Shown here piece by piece: positions 48,424-60,500 of a DNA stretch of 64,000 nucleotides (within the stretch, counting starts at the first letter, position 1; each line of letters starts with the position of its first letter). The notes under the pieces are model-generated. The model saw only the letters and a list, made by a program, of their open reading frames with translations, had not been told where the DNA came from and made no database searches. A program made the translations under genes and the position numbers. Origin of the DNA: Marsupella aquatica. Taxonomy: Eukaryota > Plantae > Marchantiophyta. The stretch lies in assembly GCA_973895155.1 (NCBI GenBank), contig OZ316893.1, positions 11,537,660 through 11,601,659 of the forward strand, written 5' to 3'.

Positions 48424-49284
48424 CCGTCTTCAAAGACTCGCACCTTCCTCGGCCTCCCAACGGACGCAAAGATGCAGACAGGCCAAGCCAATGCTCCGCA
48501 GCAACGCAACACCGACGACAGACCTTTCTGGGACCGCTCCCTCTTACCGATCGGGCCCAAATTGAAACTCCAGTCCTATGGAGCCAAAGGCGGAGGAATC
48601 TTGAGACAATTCGAGATAGAGGTTACAATCCTGGACCGGACCGACGCAGAAAATGCATCTGCAAGAAGCAAACCAGCCAAGCGAACGAGAATTCTCTGTA
48701 ACACAGACAGCAGGAACGATAGACATTTTAGTGGCCGCTCCTTCACTGACCGGGCCCAAATTGAAACGCGTCTACAGCAAGACAAAACGCAGAGCAATCT
48801 AATCACAATTCAAGAGCGAGGTAAGAACCCTGGACTAGACTGTAGTTGAAACGCAGAGGGAATAGTCCAGCGAGGTCCAGGTAGGAAAGTCTTTTCTCTT
48901 GAAAAAAGAGGGACGCAGGGGAAGGAGACCAGAAGCAGTCGTCTAGAGCTTGGCCTGACCAACACTCCACCTTGAATCGCTTATCGACACCACGTTATAC
49001 ATAAAGGAGAGAATAGCATAAACGCATAATGATGGCACCAGAGGGCGTGGGAGCTTCGGGTGGATTTTCTACAGTAGCGATTGACCAAAATTCGATCAAA
49101 CACAGCTTTAACATTGCCGCCCGTCACTGAACAGGAGAAAACCACTTCTCGATAGCAAAGCTCTCTGGAATCTACGAGAATCATGAACCCTAAAAATATA
49201 TTTTGTCTCAGTTAGGAAATTTGATAGGAATGAGCACTACCCAACCGATGTTGCCATGAAGTTCAACGATTATTTAAGTACGAA

Positions 49285-50170
49285 GACTCTCTGAACGACG
49301 ACTGCGCACCATTCGGCGAGTGTAGTATGGATAATTCGTCTTCATCTGCTTCTAACGACGAAATCATCAAAGCTTCTTGGTCTTCAGACGCAGCGAATTA
49401 GAGAAGTAGAGAACCGAGAAGCTACGGTTTGTCCTGGAGAAATTTATTTAGCTACGGAGTCTCTCTGAACGACGAGAGTGCATCATTCGGCGGATGTAAT
49501 GTAAATAATTCTTCCTCACCTGCTTCTCTAACGACGAAATCATCAAGCTCGTTTGTCTACAAACACAGAGAATTGGAGGACCGAGCAGCTACGAATCGTC
49601 CTTGCAGAAATTTACTAACCTACGGGGACCGACCTTGCAAGACGACTGTGCACGATTCTGCGGGTGTAGTATGGATAATTCTTCCTTACCTGCTTCTCTA
49701 ACAACGAAAACATCAAGCTCGTTGGTCCTCAAACGCAGAGAAGTAGAGAAAAAAGCAGCTTCAGATCGTCCTCGAGAAATTTCTTCACCTACGGAGACTC
49801 TTTGAACGACGACTATGCACGATTCTGCGGGCGTAATATGGATATTTCTTCCTCACCTGCTTCCCTAACGTCGTAAATCATCAAAGCTTGTTGGACTACA
49901 AACACAGAGAAGTGGAGAACCGAGCAAAGCTTGGTATCATCCTCGACAAATTTCTTTACTGACTCTTTGAACGACGACTGTGCATCATTCTGCGGGCGTA
50001 ATATGGATATTTCTTCCTCACCTGCTTCTCTTAACGACGAAATCATCAAGCTCGTTGGTCCTCCAAACCCATCAAGCTCGTTGGTCCTCCAAACCCATCA
50101 AAGCTCGTTGGTCCTCCAAGGCAGAGAAGTGGAGGACCGAGCAGCTTAGTTCTCGTCCTCGAGAAATTTC
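49285..50170. repeat. ~170-bp minisatellite, ~5 copies
   Basis: gactct.tgaacgacgactg...atggata.ttcttcctcacctgcttctctaacgacgaaatcatcaagctcgttgg units near 49286, 49458, 49626, 49796 and 49961. Confidence 0.9.
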
Positions 50171-50779
50171 TGGCAAATGGGCGTGCGCACAGAGCAGCTT
50201 CCCCTCCTCGCGGGCGTTCGTATCCTCAGGGGTACGAACGTTGACAGTCTAGGCGACCGTTCCTGGAAACGCATTGAAGCCTTTTATTCCAGGTCTTGTT
50301 ACTACCGCCAAAATAACTCATTTGCTAACTTGATTCCACTAGCGCCTACTACAAAAGAATGTGAATAAGGGGGAGGAATAAAGGGGAGGTTTTGGACACT
50401 TTTCCCTTATATATAACCAGCATATAACCATATAACCAGCAGTGATTTAACGTGCTTTTGGACTTTTGTGGGGGGCCATTTTCCAGGTATTTGGCTATTA
50501 AATTTTGTGAGGCTTTCTCATCGGTAGACTTATAGGATTAATTCACCTGAGTTATACTTTTAAAATTATGATCACCCGGTTAGCTTTATGAGATATAGGG
50601 TCACCATACATGGACCCGCAGATCCCGGGAGACTGTATATCTCATAAAGTTAGCATGTACAGGTTATTTTTCTTGTATTTCTAGGTGGGGTGGACGTTTC
50701 TTAGCAGTACAATCTGGGTACAATCTGGCTTCATGAGATACTGGCTCAATATTGTGTGTTGCACGAAAGATATGGTGTC

Positions 50780-51445
50780 CCCCAAGATGTCATTCAGAAA
50801 AAAATCTTGTGGCGCAGGCCCAAGATGTCCTTAAGAAAAGAGACATTAGGTTGCCCAAGATGTTGTCAAAAGAAAAGTTGTTGTTAAGTAAAAAAGATGT
50901 CATGAAGACAAAAGTTGCACAAAGATGGTGTGGTGAGAAAAATATGTCGAGGTGAAATAGATGTTGAGGTGAGAAAAAGAAGTTGAAGTGAGAAAAAGTA
51001 TCAAGGACAGAAATGATGTCGAGTGAGAAAAAGATGTCAATGTGAAGATGAGGAAAAGATGTCAAGGGTGTGGGAAAGATGTTGTGGTGAGATAAAAATG
51101 TTAAGGTGAGAAAAAGGTCAGATGTTGAGGTGAGGCAACGAAGTTAAGGTCAAAAAAGATGTTGAGGAGAGAAAACGTGGCGAGTTGAGAAAAAGATGTA
51201 AAGATGAAGGAAAGATGTTAAGGAGAGAAAAGATGTCGAGGGTGAGGAAAGATGTTGTGGTGAGATAAAGATGTCAAGGTGAGAAAAGATAAGATATCGA
51301 TGTGAAAAAAGATGTGGAGGTGAGTAAAAGATGTCGAGTCAAGTGAGAATATATATGGAGGAGAGAAACAAAACCCAAGGCTGGACCTAAAAGATGTTGA
51401 GAGTGAGAAAAAATTATCGTGGTGAGAAAAAGATGTCAAAGCAAG
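50780..51445. repeat. degenerate purine-rich ~18-20-bp repeat (gagaaaaagatgt..aggt)
   Basis: Many aaagatgt/gtgagaaaa motifs; strong G+A strand bias. Confidence 0.8.
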
Positions 51446-53031
51446 GTAAAGTTGTTGTGATTGCCCATATATACTTGTTCTCACCACGATAACATGAAAA
51501 AACTTGAGTATAAAGTTTGTATATATGTTATTTATACTCAAGTTTTTTCAAAACTTTAAGGCTAATGTCCAATTCATTAAATCTCAACTAGAATAATTAA
51601 TTTTTAATTAATATTCAATTAAATTTTTACTGACCCCCATGGGACGCTCCTTCCAAAATCCCTGGAAGCACATGCTGCCCCATCAACACTATTGGTCACA
51701 AACAAGAAGAATTAGTTATACAAAAAATGTCAAACAATACTAAGTGTGTTTGAGACAAGTAAAATAAAACAGTTAGACCTTGTAATTGTACAAACAATGG
51801 AAAACCGAAAAGTAACTTTTCGAACAAAAGAAATGGTTGAAAAGAAAATAACCTTTGGATAGATTATGATTGATATATCAGTGTTTTTCCAGTAGATTGT
51901 ACACGTTTTCTATTTAGTCAGCAATTTTTGGAATAACCATGGGTAGAAAGAAACTCTTCAACTACTGTAACATTTACCAAGGTAATATCAGAAACCCTTA
52001 GGCTATTATGGACAAAAGAACACCAAGGAAACATAAGAAACCCTTCAACTACTATGGACAAAATAATACCAAAAGAATGTAATAAACCCTTTGGCTTCTA
52101 TAACACATTTTGCATGACCTCTATGGACATAGGAGTACCAAGTGAACTTGCGCATGGGCTACTCCCATGAAAAGTCCACTCTTTTTTCCCCTCATTTCCA
52201 TATTCAAAGCAATTCCAGTATGCAATTCTTCATGTGCTCTAACTTAGTTGTTGAATAACATCAACTTAAATAACCAAGGGGTCCTCGAAACTAACTATCT
52301 TGGTCAGGTTTGGGTAGGCTATGAGTATCTTGGGCAGAGGTAATTGAAATGAATAGGGGTATGGATAGATCCAACGGCTGCAAAAAAACAAATTTTTAAT
52401 TAAGGGCTAGGACTTGTTCCCATTTTATCTTGAGTTTATAAATGTACCATTTCTAGAATATATGGTATTATAGTGACTTTTCCTCTCCTTAGTACAAATA
52501 AGGTATTGTGCTTGACTTTATTCAATTAAGTTTTACTCATGATTACACTATGCACTTAATATTGTTTTTTAGGTTTCTCAATGATACTGGTGCATGCAAT
52601 TCCATTTTTTGTCTTTTGTCTTCACCATTTGATTCCTTTTTGTGTGAAAAGATTTCTTGTCCTTTTGGTCCAAGCTATATTTAATTTGCTTTGGATTTTA
52701 TCCCTTCTGTTTATTGATTACTTTTTTTTCTTGGAACTGCATTTTTGAATGACATAAAGGGAGACTAAATACATCATAAAGCTATGTAAGTGACTTTTCT
52801 TGTACTTTCAGGCAGGTTAATGTTTATTAGGGGTACAATCTGGCTTTTTGAGATAAGGGTGATAAATTGTACATCAGCTCGTGTACAAGAGTACACAAAG
52901 GGAGACTGTATACCTCATAAAGCTACACGGGTGACTATTCTCATACTTTCAGGGCAGGTGCATGTTTACTAGGGGCACAATCCGTACCTCATTGCTGAAC
53001 ATCCCGCAGTGTGTGTATCTTCGACGCAGAG

Positions 53032-53402
53032 TGATGTTAAGGATACACAAGAGACACTTGACTCTCTTAATGAGACATAATTTTCACATGTGGAGAAGGC
53101 TACGTTGACAAGGAGTATAATAGATCAACACACTACTTTAATGTAAACGTAAACTAAGGGTGAAGCTTGTAAATTTGTGCTCGGTTAAGCCCAGAAATGA
53201 GTAACTGTAAAAATGATGTTAAGGATACACAAGAGACACTTGACTCTCTTAATGAGACATAATTTTCACATGTGGGGAAGGCTAAGTTGACAAGGAGTAT
53301 AATAGATCAACACACTACTTTAATGTAAATGTAAACGTAAACTAAGGCTGAAGCTTGTAAATTTGTGCTCGGTTAAGCCCAGAAATGAGTAACTGTAAAA
53401 AT
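53032..53402. repeat. 182-bp near-identical tandem duplication
   Basis: tgatgttaaggatacacaagagacac starts at 53032 and 53214. Confidence 0.95.
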
Positions 53403-53467
53403 TACCGTGAGAGCTGTTGACTCACAAAAACTCAGGTTGGGTTTGCCGAGGGCTCCTTTGGATGAAT

Positions 53468-53790
53468 TTAATTGCTGCCAAGGTATTTGCGGCCATTGAG
53501 TCCAGCCATTCAATGTTTCCCATGGTAATTACTAAGGTATTGCTGCATATTCAGTCCTGCCATTCAATCTTGCCCAAGCTAATCAGCACTAAGGTATTGC
53601 TGCCTATTCAGTCCTGCCATTCAATGTTGCCCAGTTACTGCTTGCTGCCTATGAGTCCCTCCATTCAATCTTGCCCAGCCTAATTACCATGACACTATTG
53701 CTGCCTATTCAGTCCCACCATTCAGTGTTGCCCATCCTAATTACCACTATGGTATTGTTGCCTATAGTCTCTTCAGTCAATGTTGCCCAC
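53468..53790. repeat. ~57-bp minisatellite, ~6 copies
   Basis: aaggtattgctgcctattcagtcc..ccattcaat.ttgccca units. Confidence 0.85.
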
Positions 53791-54523
53791 TATCACCCGC
53801 TGCCAGTACAGAAAGTGATGGGAGTGTATATCACGATAATTTCAGGATTTGTTATTTTTACCAAGGTGACTCATTTTGGGTGGAAGAAAAGATGCTAAGA
53901 AAATCCTTTCGTAGTTCCTTAAGTTAATTTCTCAGCCTTAGATCTCCCTAGTTTTAAAGAGGACCATCAGCTCTGGGTAATGGGGTCAATAAAAATGGCT
54001 GAACCTCAATTATTTGGTTATTATTTTCCAAACAACCATCCCCCTATTGGTCGTCCAGACGGTGACCATCAGTTCTTTAGACTTGACTTACAATTCGGTT
54101 CAAATTGCACCCATTAGAAATGCTTACAAAAGAAAGATGAAGTGAGTCCTTAGTGGGAAAGCACTCTGCAACACAAAGCAAGAAGTCACGCGTGATGACA
54201 TGCTAGTGATAAAACGTAATACTCGAAGATGGAGAGAAAAATAAAAGCCACACGTCTGTCACAATTGGAAAGAATGAAATACAACTGTGACAAGCAAGTT
54301 TTGTTGGGGACAATGCTGAAACTCGGGTGCAGTTATATTTCTCTCGATATGCCTGTGTTTCCACATCCATTCCACTCCATTTGTCAAGGCAGGTGGAAAC
54401 TACAAAAAGGAACTGCAAGATCAACATGAGTTGAACTCAGAGCTGTTAATAAAGAAGAAAGAATGTGCTACTGTTAATGATGGAATTATGTGAGATGCGG
54501 CGTTCACAAATGGTTTACATATT

Positions 54524-57500
54524 TTATACAGTTTTGAAGAGCTCCTTCATCTCTGCAGATGATGGACTTAAAGTCTCTGTGGGGTAGCACTTAATGAGAA
54601 GGGCCTCCAATCCCTCATATTTCTCCAGAAAATCTTCCTACACAAGCACAACAAGATCATTCTGATTAGCCAGGCACCATTAAACTTCGTAGTCTTTAAA
54701 ATTAAGCTGATGAAAAATAGCGCTGGCAACGAATATACGAGTAGTTCACAGTTTAAAAACAATCGTCTTACAGACTCGCGACATGATTAAGCATGAAACG
54801 TATATTACATTTTCGTCCTACCATAAAAGGGAATTCCATCTTTAAGTACAGCCAGTAAAGATTAGATTGTCCTTAAGCACTCAAAGCAATCACTGGCCAA
54901 AACAGAGACAAAAGCAAACCAGGAATCTCTAAAAGTGCCGCTAACGCAATAACAGAATACCTTGCATTTCTCCCATAGAGAAGGGAGGAGTTCCTCCGAA
55001 GTGGCAAGGTGTCTTTGCATGCGCTTGTACATTTCCTTCAGGGATTTTTCCACCTAAAACGGCAAAAGATTGTAGTTGGAAATTGGAAAAGTCAAGGATG
55101 ATACTCAGAAACAGCAAAGCTCATTATAACAGCGAAATGCGTATCCTCACTACTAGTGAATTTCCTTTTTTAAATTGTCTAAAAAATAAATTTTCATTAA
55201 AAGTATCGCACGCCAGCTTGACCCGTGTAAAACAAAACTGGAAGACAGACATACTCACCCCTTTCAGGCTACTATTTAAGGTCTTCCGAAGATCAGTTTT
55301 GGAAAAATTCATTTGAAACGGAACCTGTTCAATCAACACATATCACTATTAAACATTGGTATCGAACCACTATGTAGCAAAGATGAAATAGATCTGAAAA
55401 AGAGAAGGCATGGGGTTATATACGTGCCATCTTGCTTCCTGGAACTTGTGTCAAGCTAATTTCTTACTATCCTGTGACACCAATCCTGAAGCTAAGTTCT
55501 AGACAATCAATATAGCTGAAATACAAGTCGAAAGGTTTGAGAAAAACTTCTTCAGGTGTGATTGTATATAGCAAGTTCTCCACTCGCAGTGCAAATTGAA
55601 ACAGCTTCTCAAATTGCTGGAAAACCCGCCATCACAACAACAACATAAAATTTTGCACCATTTCTTGGTACGAGGACCTAATTAGCTTAAAACGGGTACT
55701 AGGATCTAAGATCCCCAAAGTATCAATAGTTAGAGATGCTTGAAGCGGAAGACCATCAATCCTTCCATTTTAGTCTACTGTGAGCACGTTGTACACATTT
55801 CCTCATGTCTAGTCTCTACCACAAATGAGAAGTGAAACTAAGCTTCACCTACAGATGAGCAATCTCACGATGAAGACGCTGCAGTGAAATAAAAGCAAGA
55901 TAATCAATGCATGGTTTGGCACTCACAAAATTTATGACCGTATTTACATAACGGGTACACGCCTGCTCATATGACTCACTTGCTTGTTGATAATAAAGAC
56001 CCAATGGTGTAACCACGTTGGCCAAGTCAAACATGCTGGAAACATATAGTCCCATATGAAGCCAACTTCATGTGTTAGACATGCTATCATTGCAACAGAC
56101 TCGACATAGACGACAAAGATGAACTTCAACATCAGGAAAGTTCTAAGCGTCTACGTCATGGAAAAAACTAGCCCCCTTGCATGAACTAGATACCACAAGG
56201 AGGCTTCTGGTATAACAAGATCGAACGACATACCAGTTCTGAAAAGCAGCGTAATTTTCCAGCAAAGTCACATCTGCATGCTTGGGATCAACTTGTGCAA
56301 TGCGCTCCAGCACTGCGAACATTGTCTCCACCTGTAATAAATAGATTAGGTGAATTTGCTTCAATCGAAAAGAACGAAAAATGCCCTGATACACTTAAAA
56401 TCTCATCCATGTAATGAACAAAATACAGAAGTCAACATCGAATACAAAACCTTCACGGATGTTACAAGCTCACTTAGTCCTAAGAATTCTTTGGGAAAAG
56501 AGAGCAATCAAGTTCTAGATATCCACCTACTTCCGCAGCCCTGACTCTGAATTTGAATTTCCATTCTCTACGACTTTTCAATTCCAATCTCTAAGTTTTC
56601 AATCACGCCCTTTCGATGACCTCGATATATTTGACTATCATATACTAACACTTCAAATGCCTTGGTAAGTTTAGGCTGACCAGACGCTGCAGAATATTTG
56701 AATTACGCCTGAGAGTGCTGAGAAGAAGTGCTGATAGTGTGAGCTTCGAAAACTCACCAGTCTTTTATATGCCGAATCAACAACTTCTCTCGAATTTCCC
56801 TGAGTAAGACTCTCCATGCGCTGAGCTAAAGCAGCAAACCTGGGCATCAACAATAATCATTACGACTAAAGTCTTATAACAAAAACGTCTTTTCCTTCAT
56901 ATCTCAGGGAAACATGTTTGATGAAGTGGATAACCACGGTTTACGTCTTCGACCTAGTTAAGCAATGTTACTTGCCTTCTTGCACTGGAATAACCAATAC
57001 CACACAGCTTAAGAAAAGAAGAGCAAAATCGGATCATACCATTGAAAATTCAAAACTGTAGCTGACGAAACAGAGAAGTATGCAAATCCACCTGACCATC
57101 ATGAATGTTTAGACGTGCACACAAAATCAAGCTCATCCCACGTGCCAAAAGGGGAATAAAATTTGTACCTTGGAATGTAGGAAAGAACTCCTACTTGCCT
57201 CACGCTCCTGTCATGTCTCTCAATTTGATGGTTCGCTTCTTCAACAAACTGCGCAAAAGTAGCAGGGCAAGAGGAAAGCCTCCGTTTAAAATTCGAAATC
57301 AAAAGTTTTCTGGAAATCAATTCATTGCGTGTTGTGGTCTAATCCACTTCTGTCAATAGCGATCGCATAGACACAATATGAGATATTGAAAGTCAGCCCT
57401 AGAGATAGAGAAGTCCTAGAGAAAGAAAGCTTACCCTATTGAATTGAAGACTAATTCTGGACTGAAGAGTTGTCAGTAGGTCGCGAACAAATCCTGCAGC

Positions 57501-60500
57501 ATCAGCTTTGTGGCTAGCAAGATACTTCTCTGTCACTCCCTGCATGGAGATACATCTCAAAGGATCTATTTTGTAGGCCCAATCCACCACGGCATAAAAG
57601 TCGTCCTGTACAAATCGGTTCTTCACTTCTCAGTTGACCCGATCTAGTACTGGACGATATAATTCAGACTGTAACGCATAAACATCCAGAATAATGTTTT
57701 CCACGAGAACATAATCAAGCAACCTTCCATCTTTATATAGTTAGTGAAGATCAATCTGCTTTTACAAAATACCACGAACAGATCTTGGTAACAAGTCCAA
57801 AGGGTCATATTCATTTTGCTCACAATTACTAGACAGATTAAGGTGTACTTTGCACGTTCAGTTTCCTCGGACATATACACACAGTCATTCGTAGATTTTA
57901 AGGGACATTGGCTACATATCTCCCTAATCTAGCAGTCTGGAGCAAAATAGACAGCCGTATCCCCATGCTCAAATGTGGAAAATTATTGAAGACAATCAGT
58001 GCACTAATGTAGCATATCAGGTTTTAACATAGCCGATCTTCGGAAACCTTTGGATCCCATCTATTTCAAAATAGATGATAGTTGGTAACATCCTCTCCAA
58101 TAAGATTGGAACTCCTAAGAAACTCTTCAATAACCACAATTACTTTTCTTGAATCCATTAATATGAAGAATTTATTGCCCACCTCAACTCCGACCAGCAA
58201 CTCTTGAAGTGCCTGATTCAGTGCCTCCAACTCAGCAGGGTTTTGATTTGCTGGCAGAGAATAATGGTCAGGTTAGATCACATTCACAGATGAAACGCAA
58301 GTAGCATAAGCTGTTGAGAGAATGGAGATCCACTATACGATATCTATGGCAGTACGCCTTTCGCAGAAAGTAAATTACGGCACATTCTCATTGCGGATTC
58401 TATGATGAATATACCAGGCTTCAGATCTGATCCATCCTCATCTAACGGACTTATGTCATCATCATCATCTTCAGCACCCTCGCCATTCGGTCCAGGACCA
58501 GTGGGAAGAACGTCAAAGCACATGAATGATGCGAAAAACAAACTCTGCAATGAAAACAGAAAATACTTGATTTAGCATACTTTGACAATAGTTTCTAAAC
58601 CATATAAAATCAGAAACACCATCACATAGTCAGCTTACCTCATCAACTAGGAGCGGTATGAAGATCCGAAGCATCCTGCCATAGGCATCTGAAACATTTG
58701 AGGTATCTGATCCACTACCTAGTGACGATCCGCTAGAACCCTCCAACCAAGCCCCTTGTACTCTCGACACTTTGGTTTGTGCCCGAAGCTCATTTGCAAA
58801 CTCACGAGCCTGCCAACCCTCTCCATGAAAACAATTCTTGTCATGAACATTACCGTGTGTGCGGATACGGATACCAAATCTACACCCTATAATAAATCTG
58901 CCTTCTACAGTTATATCCAGCAACTCATTACATTGAACAAAACTTTCAAATTGTGTCAGTAAGGGAAGATAATGTAAAATAGGTTAAATGACAAATACCT
59001 CTCTGCGCAATAACAGGTTGAGTGACGAACAATACGCTTTCCGGAGTGGTCCAAGTGCATTGCTGTCCAAAGTCTACCCAAACAGACAAATTCAGGACAT
59101 AAGATGCAGCTGGCAGTACATGATTCCGTTCCAAGTACATGTCGTTTGACATAATTTTTATTTCATAGTTCGCCTGAGCTCTGACTCGATGCTAACAAGA
59201 ATATGGTATGGAAACTAGATGTGTTGCAGTACGGGATCAAGTTCATCCATATACGTCGTTTGGCACAATTTGTATTGGTTCCATTAAGTTGTGAGTACAG
59301 TAGATGATCCACAAGAGCTTTGCGTGCAGACCTTCATGTGTTGCAGCATGCGGGCATAACTGCTACATTTGAAACGGAGATCAGCATGATCTGGCCTCCT
59401 GAGCTGTCCTTTCTGCAACCACACAAATTGTTCTCAATCAACACATTTGAAGCTATGTTTCTGCAAGAAGTTCCTCTGCCAGATCCTTTGAGATGCAATC
59501 TCGAATTTCAGACCGTCAAATGGGACTGAGTTGAAGTTTTACCTGTGAGAAATAAGACTTGTCACCTATCATAATATCCACCACACTAGCAAAGTAATTT
59601 CTAAGGAAATCCGAGGCACGGCGCACAAAAGTAGCTTTCAACTTCTCTAGCTCAGCACGCTTGTCCCTCACCTGCAGCAGAAACATCAACACGCTCTAGC
59701 AATTTTTAACTTCCCATCAATAACTTCAAAATTGACTTCCAAGGAGTCTGCAAGGTAGTTAAGGTCGCAAATCACCTAAAAACCATCGCCATATTTCCTT
59801 GTGCAGCTGATTAGCACCACAAGAACAATATGTCTCCAACGTTTACGGAGCGACAAACATCCAAAAGACGTAGGCCAAAACTTTATGCAGTCAGCTATAA
59901 CTCGGAAACATCAAATCCAAACACACCGTTTCCTGTTGGATTAAGCATTGGATCATACCGCCCGCATGTTGACATAAGCTGGGTCCAAGAAGGGTGGTTC
60001 AAGACCGCGAAGAGCATTCGCTAACCACTCACAAGCTTCCACGTTCTCAAGCATATTAGCTTCCTCAAAGAATCCTGATGTCAATAGCAACGTGTACTGC
60101 AAAAACCCAGTTCCAGAACCTTGAATATCTTCTCTAAATTAAATAATCTGTCAGTAGAGCTTCTGCTACTTTGAGAAAACCCTTACTTGAATCGAGCTTT
60201 CATACTAGTTCAGCATGTTCCTCATTCCATCACACCTTTAATCATAAAAAAAAACTGCTGTAAGGATGAGAAAATTCTACGAGTACCTCATTCGGCACGC
60301 GAAGCCGTTCTAGCAGTTTGTTGAGTTCGTCTACCAGTGCTCCGTTATTTTGAGCTTGCATTTCCAGCCTATTATTTCTCGACTCTATCTGTCCGACCCA
60401 GCCAGGAGCCAGTCAGCATAACAGACCTTAAGAATGAAAGAAAATCCACGCTCTTCTGCCAGAATTGCAGTGTTGGACTTCCATTATTTTTAAGTTTTAT

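Noticed and set aside
48142-48849. 235-aa plus-strand ORF, and similar antisense ORFs over tubulin, INCENP and the EF-hand gene
   Set aside because: Shadow ORFs opposite real coding or GC-rich leader sequence, with no independent protein features.
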